A model generated the notes under the pieces. The model was not told the DNA's origin, searched no databases, and saw only the letters and a program-made list of their open reading frames with translations. A DNA stretch of 64,000 nt, from the NCBI GenBank assembly GCA_021613535.1, contig CP075492.1:2914001-2978000 (forward strand). The letters run 5' to 3'. The translations under genes and the position numbers were made by a program. This document shows, one piece after another, positions 12,492-26,784 of the stretch. Every line of letters starts with the position of its first letter. The stretch's first letter is position 1. Source of the DNA: Adineta vaga. Its lineage: Eukaryota > Animalia > Rotifera.

Positions 12492-12956
12492 TTATGCGAA
12501 AACAGGTTTTGTGCATTGACGGGGACATCCACCACAACATTTTTGAACACCAGGACAATCGCTATCATCAGTACATCGAGCAATGCAAATACCCATCATA
12601 CCTGATGACGTTGATGGACAAGAACCTTGTTTGACCGTTGGATTAAGCTTAGGTGTTTGTTGAGCACGAGGACAACATACAGCGTAAGCATCATTTGGTG
12701 CTATCTTACATTGGTGTGTTGATGGGCACTCACGACGATTGGGACCACGTCCACAAAAATAACCTTCAAGTGGAACGTCTCTTCCGTTACATGGGCTTGG
12801 TATACATGCACACATGCTTTGTCCATAGGCATCAAGTCGATAGCCCCACGGACAGAAAATCGTACACATAACTGGATTTGGTTCAGATGGAGCACCTGCA
12901 ACGAATGTGATTATTGCTGCAGCACATACAATGAAAACAATATTGAAAAGAGCCAT
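12492..12956 (-). CDS. Secreted cysteine-rich protease-inhibitor-like protein (antistasin-like + WR1/lustrin-like + WAP)
   Basis: Signal peptide; CTIFCPWGYRLDAYGQSMCAC; CGRG..ECPSTHQC..AVCCP; WAP pattern KQGSCP..CIARCTDDSDCPGVQKCC. Confidence 0.88.
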   Translation of the reverse strand: MALFNIVFIVCAAAIITFVAGAPSEPNPVMCTIFCPWGYRLDAYGQSMCACIPSPCNGRDVPLEGYFCGRGPNRRECPSTHQCKIAPNDAYAVCCPRAQQTPKLNPTVKQGSCPSTSSGMMGICIARCTDDSDCPGVQKCCGGCPRQCTKPVFA

Positions 12957-13491
12957 TTCTTATTGATTCGAAACAGAATACTACGAATAGATATATATGA
13001 ATCTTTTCGTTTATTCCGCTTTTTATAATATGCATCACCACCTGCAAAATAAAGCCATAGTAAATACTTCTAAAGTAGGGATTATTTTATTTTTTTTAAT
13101 CATAAAAAAATTGATGCCTCTAACGAAATAAAGAAAAAACAAATATTGAAGTTCGCACTCAGACGTGGACATGTAGGTGTGTAGCAACAAAAGCGAATTT
13201 TTTTAGTTATCGATTAATGACTCGACTACGTAAACAATGAAAATGATGTTTCATTCGTTCCTATGAATCACATGCAGACGCACGTTGTCTATTCGCCGTA
13301 TAATGAAGCAAAAAAGCTTTTTTCATATTTGTTTTCATAATGTCCAAGAATAGTTAGGACAACATATTGATACTTTTTCGATTATTTATGATTTTTATGA
13401 TATGAAAATGGGTATTAAAAAAAACTTGTTCACAAACAGATATGTTTTATACTCATAATCATTGTTATTCGGAACGACTAAGATAGATATT

Positions 13492-13690
13492 TACAAGTAA
13501 CGCTCGCCGTGCGGACTCACTTAACTCTCGACTGTGGAGGACAGGTATTTTTAGCTTGTCTCAATAGTGAGACGAATTCATCTGCCAACTTAGTATACGA
13601 GAAAACGGCTCACATGTTATTGTTCAAATATGTATTAACTTTCGAAAATAAAATATTAATTTATTTTGGAAAATCAATTTCACCCAACAC
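13492..13690. mobile_element. Partial inverted copy of the DINE-1/HINE-like element
   Basis: TACAAGTAACGCTCG..CACTTAACTCTCGACTGTGGAGGAC.. is the reverse-complement homolog of ~2980-3178. Confidence 0.7.
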
Positions 13691-14740
13691 TCAAATCCAC
13701 ACCCCCACCGTTGTAGTATAGTATATAAGTATCCAAGGGTACCCCCATAGTATAGGACTTGAAGACCCATGGGTATCCCCATAAATAGTATGGGATGTGC
13801 TTCTAGGGTGTGGGTGTGGCTTCAGAAAAAACACTCAAACCCACGCCCTATTTTTTTTTTAAATCGATTTCACGCTGTAGAGTAAAATCAGACTATAAGT
13901 TTATGACTACGTCGCATATAATTGAGAGTGATATTGAATGAATGTGAATCTGTATATAAATGAGACTAATTCCTACGATCCTCATAATCCATAGTCGTAC
14001 ATAAAGCGTGTATCTATAGGCCACAAGAAACAGTTATATATTTGGTTTACTTAAAAATACTGTATATCACCTATCTTTTCGTCTATTTCGTATTGTTTCC
14101 CTAAAGATACACAGAATATTGAATTTAAAATAGTAAAGAAATTATTCAATTGTTTTATGAAAGTAAACTTTGGGTGAGTGTGTAGGTGTTGTTATTCTCT
14201 TTAGCCACCCACGCTCACCCACGTTCGCACCCTCAATCATATTATCTGTATATTCTCCGTATAATTCTCTCTGTTTGAACTTTTTCGGTGAACACTGTCT
14301 TCGTTGGACGACTGTTCGAGTAGGAAAAATCTTACTGATAAAATTCAAAGTTTTTTCATATGAAAATGCGAAAAGCATGTGTTGTAATATATAGTCGTAG
14401 AAGAGTACATTATTACCTTGTACGAAAGAAACGCTGTATGCATGCTTTCAGCAGATTTCTTTGAACTGGTATGCTTGAACATTTATCCTCAACAACTATG
14501 AGTTGTATAACAATGTTCGGATTAAAGGGGCGATACAGAGCATTTTTCTCATCGCTATTATGTTGGTTTCCAAATATTTGTTTAAAGTATTGAATTACAA
14601 ATACAGCTTTTATCATGATGTATATTTGTAAACAAAAATATGATAAAAAAAAAGTTTATGGAATGAATACAATCTTGATGGATGAAGATATATGAAATTT
14701 CTTTGTCCACATCTTATATTATCCACCTACTATTTTGTGA

Positions 14741-15795
14741 TTAATGACTCTCTGTCAAATGGATTATATATTTGCGGCTATCTTGTGGGTGAATCTTCAC
14801 ATCCTGTATCGTCAAATAAAAGTTCGCTCTTAATAAAACTTCTTCTTCACCTGGATAGTAAGAAAGATACGAAATGTCTTGAACATTTTGACCCAAAAAG
14901 AGTTTAATAATAAAAAGAGTATTGCCGAAGTGTGCAGCTACGTCTACTCTTTTTGATGTCGATGTGAATGCTGGAAACTTAATATCTGCTCCGATAGCCC
15001 TTTTATATTCTTCAATCATCTCAGCTGTAAGATCTGCACCACGATAAACTGTTTGAAGTGCAAATGTTTCATTAGAACGTAGAAACGTCCATAATATATA
15101 GCAGAAAGGTCCTAGTGTATTGGCCTTACTCATTACTCCATTTCTTAATGTCGAGTTAACCAGTTTATAGAGAAAAGATTCAGCAGAGTAAAGACGCGCA
15201 GCACATTGTTGCAATTTCCATACGCTTTCGCACTGTCGCAACTGTTTAACCATTTGCTCGGCATCAAATTCTTGTTCAATTAGCTTACCTTCGTTTAAAA
15301 TACCTATAGAAAAGTAGCGATTAGTTCAGATATCATGAGTTCTGTTCAGTAGTTTTTACCTTGAGCAGTTTGCTCTACTATAGCTGACCAGTTGTGTTGA
15401 TCAGATTTACATATTTGCTGATTTCGAGATCTCCAGTGTTCGATAAAAGGGCTAAAGTAGGCTTCGTGAACTTGAAATGACCGATTCGCTCTTTCAGGAT
15501 ATGAAAACCTTTCTGCTCTTACGTCTTGGTCGACATTGATGTCTCCACGTTTCACAGGTCTTTGTTGATTTTTATTATTTGAATTGTATTGAATGTTATT
15601 CTTGAAATCGATAACATAGTTGTTTAAATGCACTTCTTGCTCTTTCTGTTGATAGGCAGTTTCAATATATTCATTTTCGAAATCGGAATAGCGTTGCCAT
15701 TCTTTTGGCTCGTTTGGATCGAATGGATTCAGATTCGATTGGTAAAACCAGATAGACTTCTTTTTGGCTGATAATGCGCTGATTGCCAAGGCCAT
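14741..15795 (-). CDS. WWE-domain + ART (NAD:arginine ADP-ribosyltransferase-like) protein, 2 exons (15795-15360, 15303-14741)
   Basis: WWE pattern WFYQS..EWQRYSDFENEYIETAY..YVIDF..QRPVKR; R-S-E motifs VYRG, FTSTS, EEEVLL; 56-bp GT-AG intron joins the frames. Confidence 0.9.
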
Positions 15796-18700
15796 TTTAC
15801 AAATTATTATGAAAAAAACTTGCCGCTTTTCTCTGAATACAGTAAAGGGATCGCAAAAGAATAAAAAGACGAAATGAATGAAGTGCATGCACATTTTCAT
15901 GTTAATGCGAGAGAAGGAACAGCAAAAAAAGCGCATCAGTCGTGAATTCATCAGAACTGAATTCTCAAGTCTTTTTTTAAATGGAAAGTAAACATCGATG
16001 AGTCTAGTTTGCAGATGACTGTGGGAAAATACCCATCTTTAAGTTATCGTTAATGTATTTTCTAATCAAAAGTAATTTTGCCAGAAATATGTAAATGTTG
16101 AGTGACCGTATGCAATTGTAAGAACCAGGAATTGTGTTGGAGTATTCCACTGTCAATTATATTCAAGTTTCAACTTTTATTGTTACTCACACTCATACCC
16201 TCAAGATGATTTTTAGTTTTTATTAAACTTGATTATTTAGAATATAATAACGAAGCATGCTTGATTAAGTGAGATTCTGAGGAAAAAAAATAGTTTAACT
16301 AATACATTAAAACGGCCATGATTGAGAATAACACAAATCTCATATTTTATCATCGAAATTTTCGATGATGCAGTCAGGCGGTAATTTAGATTCTACGGAT
16401 AATTTTTGATACAGAATCGCTAATAATAAAGAGATCAACTTATTTTATCGTCTTTTTAACTTTTTAGCCTTTATCCATGATCAAGAGAATACTTTTGATC
16501 GAGAGTTTTCTGCAAAAAGTACATTACTTGAAAGTAAAATTCTGTTTATATTTAAACAAGTATATTGATAAAATGAGCGGAAATATTATGATGAAATTGA
16601 GAAAGAAAAAAAAATAGTTTCTTTTTCTTTAATTCACTTTTCAACAGTCAACATTCATCAAATATTTGAAATGATCATCACACATTGGATCAGTGTTATT
16701 TATTCTCAATAATCAACCAAATATATTAGATTGTTAGATTGTTATTTAAACTTTCGTTTTTATTATATATTATTTTCACTTAATGCACTATGATAAAATA
16801 AAATGCTATATAATAAGTAGTCATGTTTTTTGTTTTATTTCTACTTCATTATTTATTATGTATATATATAGCTGTTTTGTTAATTTCCTCTTTCAAAATA
16901 AAATATCCTTGAAACTACTTTCTTTCTTTACTGAATATTCTGAAACGTAGTTTATTCTTTCTTGAAAAAAAAGTGGAATGAACAACAAAGTACTAGCTAT
17001 CATAATTTAGATTTCATGCCGGCTAAAGAAATTATCACATATGGCAAAAAGGACTCTATGATTCGAAAATCATCAGTAAAGAATATCGAATATCCGAAGG
17101 TATTCAAAAACATTTAGTTGAACATTTGTGACAATCTCATCATTATGAGCTATATATGCGCAAAAATTTAAGCGTTTAGTTTATATCAATGACGTCGTTT
17201 TCATCTAAATGTTATACCAGATGTGAGCTATTATTTGGTGGAAAGTCATGTTTGCAACAAAGGTTTCTAAAATAATTAGTTAGCAAACGACGGAACAAAC
17301 CAGTTGATTTAACAGTGAATATCATATTCGTTAGAAGAAAAAAGAAAAGTTTTATTTTTCTAACAAGAAATGAATAAACAGTTATTTGATAAAAATGCTC
17401 CCTGTTAGAAAGCTGCTGATATATTGTGTACTATTACATTTGAGTTTTGCACGATCACAAATCAATCTTGATCTGACGGATAAATCAGATAATATTGAAG
17501 ATGATGTCGTATGGCAGCATGATTGTCTTCATAAGGTTGCTAATGTTGAACATCCAAAAGAACCTATTCAAATTATTTCTTATTGTTTGAATGAATCGCC
17601 TTCAAAATGGAATATTCAAGAAAATCATTTGGATCAAAATTTTACATTTTCTAAACTTTCGAATCTTAAAATTACTAGTCAGCAATTATATCTTTGGTCA
17701 GCACCTATGGATATTATCGAACATTATCAATTCTATTTAAATCAGCTAACAAATTCAGAAATTATATCATTATCAGCTGAACAAACCTTCTACAACTGTA
17801 CACCACCAACGTTTGGACCATTATGTCAATATTCATTTCATGGTTATCAATCTTTGAATTTATCATTGAGAAATATTATTCATGATATCTACTCAACTCG
17901 ATATATTCCGACGACAATGACATGCTATGAACATTTAGAATGTAATCGAGGTTCAACATATGCTTGTCTTGATTGGAGTGAGATTTGTGATGGACGAGTC
18001 GACTGTTTAAATGATGAAATTGATGAAAGCAATTGTTGGCAAATTGAAGTAAATGTATGTAAAGATGATGAACACCGTTGCAACAATGGACAATGTGTAC
18101 CAAAAGTATTTGACCTACCTATCAATCAGTTCATTATCGCTTGTATTGATAAACTTGCTCCACATATCATGAAACCATTACCCGTTCGTAAATCTATATT
18201 TGAACCGACATTTGAAGCAGTCGATGTCAGATGTACTTTTTATGATCGGAATTCCATAACATTCACACGTTCATGTGAATCTAAACGTAATGATTTCCTC
18301 GTTGCATCTTGGTTCTCAGATATACCGAAAACAATATCGGAAATTTGTTGGAATGCATATCTATGTTACTTCGAAATTGGCGATCGATTTCAGCAAAAAT
18401 GCAGAGACTTTTGTCCAACAAAACAAATATGTCAAGAAATAATTTATAACAATTCATGTCCTGATACATTGTTCATTCCAAATATTCCATTATTCTTTGG
18501 TCATATCTATTTAGCTTACACGAAACCACCTGTTCTGACTGGAGCACTTGTACCTATTGTGCCAACATATGTGTGTTATAATGATCAATTATGTGGTGGA
18601 TTTCTTCCTAATAAAACATTAATTACATTCAACAACTTCACGTGTCGTCGTTCATCAGATTTTCCGTTTCACTTTAATTCAGCAGGAAGAGTTTGGTTGG

Positions 18701-20785
18701 ACATATACGTCAAACCTCTTCAAGAAGCTCTCTATAAATGTAACACTATTATTCGTGAAAGTGCAAAAATTTGCAATAGTTCAATCATGTATCAATGTAT
18801 TAATTCGTCAAAATGTATTTCATATCATCGAGTTGGTGACATTCGTAGAGACTGTGATTATCATGACGATGAAGAACAGTCAGTGATCAATGATATTTGT
18901 TTAAAAGATCATTTGAATTCATTCTTCAAGTGTACGACACCCAAAGGTAGATGCATTAATAAAATAAAGGTCGCAGATGGTACTTGTCAATGTGAGACTG
19001 ATGAATATGATTTATGTGATGATGAAAATCCTAATCTACATTATATTAGAAAACATATATCATTTCCAACTATTTGTGATGGTATGACTGATTTAATACC
19101 AGTTCTTATCGATGGACAAAATTATACTGATGAAACAGAATGTGAATTATGGCAATGCAACAATATTTATACTCGATGTAATGATGTTTGGAATTGTTTT
19201 AATGGAGCTGATGAAGTTGATTGTAGTCCAAGTCCACTATTGAATTGTTCACAACAACAACATATCTGCGTTTCTCCTCAAACTTATCAATTGATGTGTT
19301 TACCTCTTGAAAAAGCTAACGATGGTAAAATCGATTGTTTAGGTGGCACCGATGAACCAAAATTATGTCGATTAAATAATTATGTACCCACTAAAAATCA
19401 TTTTTTCTGTCCGAATATTAATTTAAAACCATGTGTAGAGTTTAAACGTCTGTGTTTTTCTGAAGAACACTGCAACGATGACGACCGAGAGACAATCTGT
19501 AGCAGAAATGGTAATTCAACTGTATACACTTCTTTTTATAGCAGAATTTGTGAATTTGATCAAGATCATTCGACAGACGTTGACATGTTTCTTTGTCAAC
19601 AATCGTACGATATCAATCAAATACGTTCTGTAAATTTTACTCTTAATACAACAACAATAGCGAATAAACACAATAATATTCAACATTCAACAATGATTAA
19701 AACTATCAACGAACATAAACAACGTTGCCATCGTGGTTTACCTTTACTTGTTTGGGTCGACAAGGATAAAAATTTGACTAATATTACTTGTCTTTGTCCA
19801 CCCAGTTATTATGGTGATAAATGTCAATATCAAAATCAACGTATTGCTCTTACTATCAAATTACAAACATATTCAGATTCTCAACGAACATTATTTAGTA
19901 TTTTTGTCTCTTTAATTGATAATAGTAATGAACGAATTATTCATTCATATCATCAATTTACGTTTCTATACGTTCGAGATTGTCATTTTACTTATAACAT
20001 TTATTTACTTTATTCAAATCGACCAAAAAACAATTTAAAAAATTATTCAGTACATATTGATGTTTATGAAAAGACACCATTAAATTATCAAGGAAGTTTA
20101 CAAATACCAATTCAATTTCCCTTTTTACCTGTATATCGAATTGCTACTCTACTTAACATTCCACATACAAATGAAGATTTGAATAGTTGCTCGAATCAAC
20201 CATGTGTTCATGGTCGATGTATGAAATATTCTCATGATCCTGAAGGTAGTACTTTTTGTCATTGTAATAAACTATGGTCAGGACGATATTGTAATATTTC
20301 ACATATTTGTACATGTTCGAATGATTCAATTTGTATTGGTGTTACTGCAAACAATCGATCTATTTGCATTTGTCCTATAGATAAATTTGGTTCTCGATGT
20401 TTACTTAGCAACATTGTTTGTCAATCGAATCCATGTGCTAATGATGGTAAATGCATACCTATCGATGAACATTTAATAATCGATAAATCATACTCATGTA
20501 TGTGTCCAAAAGGTTTTAGTGGTAATAGATGTGAAATACCTGATACAAAAATGATTCTATCATTTTCCAAAGATATCATATTATCACAATCGATAGTAAT
20601 TCATTTTATTCAAGTAATGAATAATACAGAACCTGAAAATGGATCTACTTTTATAACAATTCCTATTCATCAAAAAACAGTCATTATCAATTGGACATAT
20701 CCATTTCATATTGCCTTTATGAAACTATCTAATAATACATATTATCTCATTACTAGTCAAAAACCATACACTTCATCGTCAACAA

Positions 20786-20963
20786 TGTTAACGTAGCAGC
20801 TCTCGGAATTCTATCTTTTTCTCTCTCTCTCTCTATCTACCTTGTTATCTTTGTTTTCTATTCTTCTATACATATATATATATATGTGTGTTCTTGTATG
20901 AAGAGGTTAGTTAGGTTTTTATTTTATATAAATAAACATCGTCAGCTCGAATACGAGCTAACA
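20786..20963 (+). repeat. 5' LTR
   Basis: Direct repeat of 28377-28554; contains TATATAAA and AATAAA. Confidence 0.95.
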
Positions 20964-21333
20964 TATTGGTGCCGTGACCGGTCTTTTTCTATTTTTTTCC
21001 ATCGAAAAAGAATCAAGTACCAGGTCTTTATAAACTCATCCTTCATCAGGAAAGAGTGATTATTATTTCATCCGTGACGGAAAGAGAGTCAGGTGAATTC
21101 ATCAATCAAAATTATTAATTATAATTACTGAAATTATTCAGTCGAAGAAGGTATAGTATTCTTCACATATACGATTCGCTTTCATTCTTTGAAAATATCT
21201 ATACGAACACGGCTGACGGCATTCGAAGAAGAACAAAGAGAATAAGTGCAAACCTTTATCCATACGAAATAATAACGTAATCATCAAAACAAACACGTCG
21301 GCAAAACACACGAAAAATTTGTCTATACACAAC

Positions 21334-22333
21334 ATGACGAAAGACACCGCATTAAACAATACCTCGACGAACGAAACGCACTCGGACGATACGATGACGA
21401 AAAACACCTCGATGCTGATGGGAGCAACGAAAAATACCTCGACCGATGTGAACTCGATGGAACTTCGACAATTACATTCCAGTCAACAGGAAGCCATGAA
21501 GAAAATTAATGAGTATTCGGGAGAATCTAATGAATTGGATATTGATGAATGGTTATATGATCTAACTAATTTATTCTCGCTAATGCAATTACAAGATGAA
21601 ACAAAAATATTGTTGACGATGGGAAAATTAACCGGATCAGCATTACGATGGTATCAAGGAAATTTAACATCATTTGGTGATTGGAAGGAAGCAGAAAGAA
21701 GCATTACGAGATCGATTCAAAACATTCACGTCAGATGGTCAATTAGTACAAGAATTCTTCCAGCTTCGACAAGAAGAAGATCAATCAACTACAGCATTTT
21801 ACGATATGGTTATGCGCAAATATCGAAAAGCAAGTGGATTAGTTACTGAAAAACAAATCATTACGGTACTACAAGCAGGTGTGAAACATTCATTGAAGGA
21901 ACAATTAATTCGAAATGAAGTTAATATCTCGAAACCCGAAGAATGGCTGCTGATGGCAAGGGAAGAAGAACATATACAACGACGAATTCAACAACGCAAT
22001 ACACCACCACGAGCAGCAACACAAATACCATATTTCGAATCAACATTACCGACGGCAACAATTCAACAATCATCATCGCATCGCCGATACGCACAACAAC
22101 ATACCGGTGGAAATCAACAGGAATATCAACCATATGAACGACGTTCAAGTACAGTACGACAACAACCAAATAATCGACGGAACACGACTCAACAGTCGAA
22201 ACCATGTTTAATCTGCAATCGAACGAACCATTCGACGATGCAATGCTTCTATAAGAAGGAAGATGGTTGCTTTAGATGTGGACAGTCAAATCATCGAATA
22301 CGTGATTGTCCGCAACGTTATTTTTTCGAGTAA
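21334..22333 (+). CDS. gag: Gag with two CCHC zinc knuckles; one +1 frameshift near 21695
   Basis: Retrotransposon gag pattern (KLTGSALRWY..W; LRQEEDQS); CLICNRTNHSTMQC and CFRCGQSNHRIRDC; split across two ORF-track entries. Confidence 0.88.
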
Positions 22334-25300
22334 AGGGATCGGTTGATGGCGACGATCCTTGGGGAGTTCAAAAGTCATCATCATCGACAACAACAACTGC
22401 AACATACAATCCAATCTTTGTCAAAATCTTATGCAATAATACTCCACAAGAAGCACTAATCGATACAGGATCGGCCATCACAATAATTCACAAACGTCTA
22501 TTGAACAAGATCCCGCACAAACAATTTATACCACGACTAAAGAATCATCTATCAGCCAGTTGCTCAGCAGTGAACATTATCGGCGAAGTAACATTATTCA
22601 TCAACATCGAAGGAATTACGACTCAAGTGACTGCTGATGTAGCAACAAATCTCGTTACAAATTTAATACTTGGTAGTGATTGGATTCAAACAAACAATGT
22701 ATACATATTAACTCCCGAAAAGCGAATTATGATGAAAAAACGAGGTAGAGAAGTATCAACTCCTTTTATAAAACCACCAATTTTGAACTATCCAGCAACA
22801 CTAGTTAATTATATTACACTTTCTCCTTTTTCAGAACATGTTATCGAAGCTCAACTACAACAAGAGAAGATGATCGATGCATTGTTTGAACCAAATCCTT
22901 GTTTACAACGTAAAGCATTATTTATGGCATGTACATTACTTAATATCAACGACGGAAAAGCCACGATTAGTATCATAAATGCAACGAATCGACGACAAAC
23001 ACTTTCGGAAGGTACACGGATCGGTATGGTGACGCAGATGGCAAACTCAGTTAATTTTATAATACCATCGCACCATCCCGACAAACGAACGCATTCCGAA
23101 AGGAAAAGTAGCGAAGGAAGGAATTAGCAATGCCAGTTCGGAAAATCTACAGACAACAACAGCAGACGACATCGAACACAAATGTCGAAACTGTTCACAA
23201 CGATTCGTCGCAAAGAACGATTTATTCAAACACCTGCGTGAACAATGTTATCCTGATGAAATACGGGAACAAATTGGAAAATTAACTTCACATATTTCCG
23301 ACGATACGCAACGAAACAAGATCACGAATGTCCTATGGAGATACGGAAATTTATTCGATCTTCGACAACCATCAAAGATTGACATTATTTTGAAGAATGC
23401 AATCGACACAGGTATTCATAGACCAGTACATACTCCACCATATCGCAAATCCAACAGAGACCAAGAAACATTACGTGAAGAAACACAAAAACTACTGGAA
23501 AATGATATTATTGAACATTCAACGTCGCCATGGTCATCACCTGTAGTACTAGTTAAAAAGAAAGATGGAACAACAAGATTTTGTGTAGATTATCGTCGAC
23601 TCAATCAAATTACAACTAAAGATGCTTTTCCATTACCACGAATTGATGATATTTATGATCAATTAACCCAAGCAACATATTTTAGCAAATTTGATTTCAA
23701 AGCAGGTTATTTTCAAGTACCATTAGACAAAGCCGATCGACCAAAAACAGCATTTTCTACAAGAGATGGTCATTTCCAATTCAAAGTATTACCACAAGGA
23801 CTTACAAATGGACCACCAACTTTTCAACGAATTGTCAATCAAATACTCGGTCCGAATCGATGGAAGCACATGTTGGCATACATCGATGATATTATAATAT
23901 ATTCACGAACATTTCTTGAACATGTACAACATATTGAAGAAGTATGTTCATTATTGCATGACGCAAATTTCAAGTTAAATATAGTAAAATGTGAAATCGC
24001 ACGTACAGAAATATTATTTCTCGGACACATCATCAAGCAAGGTACAATTCAACCAGATCCAGAAAACATCCGTGATTTAGCAGATGTTCGTGAACCAACA
24101 TCAGCAGAAGAGGCATTCCGATTCGTCAAAGCTGCGGAATATTATCGCAAATTCATTCCAAAATTCTCGATCATTGCAGCACCACTACACAAATATTCAC
24201 CAACAACATTACAACAGCAGAAGAATAACAAGAAAACAAAATTCGAAATAACAGAAGAAGCACGAACAGCATTTCATCAACTGAAGCACATCTTAACAAC
24301 GGATCTTATCCTCAATTTACCTGATGATGATATGCAATTTAAATTACAAACGGATGCAAGTGTCGATGGAATTGGTGCTGTTCTATTACAAATTACACCA
24401 AACGGTGATCGACCACTAGCATACATGTCGAAGAAATTAACCAAAACACAAATTAACTGGCCTACCATCGAACAAGAATGTTATGCAATTGTTCAAGCTG
24501 TGGAGAAATGGGACAAATATCTTCGTGGACAGGAATTTATTTTAGAAACAGATCATGAACCATTAGTCCACTTCAACAACAAAGAACAACTGAACAAAAG
24601 GTGTGAACGTTGGCGATTGCGACTAGCTGAATATCGATTCAAGGTGAAGCATATACAAGGTAAGAAGAATAATATGGCAGATTATTTATCTAGATCACCG
24701 GTGGAAATAGCTCATGAAGATAACGACGACCGACTTCAATATGAAACGAAATCAACACAAACAGAAACATCATCACCAACGTCCAACCATGAACATCCAC
24801 CTGTACGAATAATCACAGCTATTACACGAGCTCAAGCAAAATTACAACAGCAGAATGAGCTCATCCCGCAAGGGAAAGAAGCGAAAACTCAATCGGAGGA
24901 TGATCCGAATCGGATCATACCCTTCGATTTGGACGATCTCAGGGAAGCACAGGAACGAGATGATGTCGTGAAACAAATTAAAACCAACATCAACAAACAA
25001 AAGCAATATACAATAGAAGACGGATTATTATTACGAAGACAAAAATCATCAATTTTAGCAGTACCATTTGTTCCACAGGGAAGAATGCGTGCTGATATTT
25101 TGAAAATTTATCATGATACACCTGGTAATGGTGCACATTTTGGTCGTGACAAAACAGTACGAAAAATACAAGAACGATATTACTGGCCAACAATGACAGC
25201 AGATATTGAAAATCATGTCAAATCCTGTTTACCATGTGCACAGAACAATCATCGTCGTCAAAAACCACCAGGAAAATTACAACCAATACCACCACCTGAT

Positions 25301-26152
25301 GGAATATGGAAAGTACTTAGTATGGATTTCCATGGACCAATAAATCCAACAACACGACGAGGTAATCGATACATTATATCATTAACCGATGTCTTATCAA
25401 AATTCGTCATAACAAAAGCAGTTCGCGATTGTTCAGCAAAAACAACAGTTGATTTCCTTACCAACGATGTTATCTTGAAATATGGAACACCAACATGCAT
25501 TTTAACTGATAATGGTACTCACTTCACAGCAGAAACAACGAACAATTTACTTATGAAACTTGGTGTCACTCATTTATATACAACAGCTTATCATCCACAA
25601 ACAAATGGACAAATTGAACGTTTTAATGCAACAATGGATGGTAAAATAGCATCATTATGCAACGAACAACGTACAGATTGGGATGAAATGTTACAATTCG
25701 TTACATTTAATTACAATACATCCATACATGCAACAACAAAACATACACCATTTGAAATGATGCACGGTCGACAAGCTAGTCTTCCATTCGATCAACAACG
25801 GACACTTATTTCACTTACAAACGACACTGAACATGGAGAAAAACTTCGAAATTACCTGGAAAAATTAACAGATGATGCACGGAAAAATATTCATAAATCT
25901 CAGCAACAATATAAGACTCGATATGATCAACATCGACAAGAATTATCGATCAAAATTAATGATTTAGTCCTGATTAAAACCAGAAGTTTTCGAAACAAAT
26001 TCGATATTAGGTACGAAGGTCCATTTCGAATTATCGAACAATTAGGAAGAAAAACATTCATTGTACAACATGTGAAGAAAACAACATTAACAAAACAAGT
26101 TACAATGGATGTCATCGTTCCATTAGTAGAACGATGGAATTTACATGACTAA
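22306..26152 (+). CDS. pol: Pol polyprotein (protease, zinc-finger-like linker, RT, RNase H, integrase); one +1 frameshift between 23063 and 23124
   Basis: ALIDTGS protease; RFCVDYR, LPQG, YIDD RT; TDAS RNase H; HHCC + DDE integrase; C-terminal GPF motif. Confidence 0.95.
22321..22360 (+). promoter_or_regulatory. -1 ribosomal frameshift signal (gag-pol)
   Basis: T-TTT-TTC heptamer in the gag frame, 6-nt spacer, 8-bp stem AGGGATCG/CGATCCTT; pol lies in the -1 frame. Confidence 0.75.
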
Positions 26153-26784
26153 ACACATCCCACTAGGGAAAGGTGTAAATCGACTGTGAACATAATTGAC
26201 TTCATTAAAATGTATATTTATATTTATATGAATAAAATACATGAATTTGATTTAGCAGATCATGTCGGGGAGATAGGTTTCCCCTTCTCACTGATAAGAT
26301 GGGGCTATCAAAGATATATATATATATCACATAGTCATATATGTATAAGCGACATCTATTTTTTTCTATTCATATGAACATTTAATCGATATATCATGGC
26401 GATCACGTGCAGACGACATGATACGACGGATGATCCATATGGACGAAGCCGATTACCTTACAAGAACACGACACGGTCGATCTCACCACATCACAGAACA
26501 GGAAAGAAAAAGATGTAAACAAGATCATATAGTCATGCCACTTTCATCTATACGCGTATATGACGACGCGAGTATTTATATATATATATATATAACGGAC
26601 AGGAAAGAAAGAAAAAAGGACAACAAAGGAATGAAAAATTTTAGGAAACGAAAAACAAAAGCATGGAAAATTACGAAGAAAAACAGAAGAAAGAAGAACG
26701 AAAGGATAACCTTTCACCGGAGTGACCGTCGCCAGACTATCAAGTAAATCACTTTATTTACTTTATTTATTTTCTAATAGTAGA

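Noticed and set aside
26186-26747. Short ORFs between pol and ORF3
   Set aside because: Low-complexity AT- and purine-rich spacer with no recognisable motifs.
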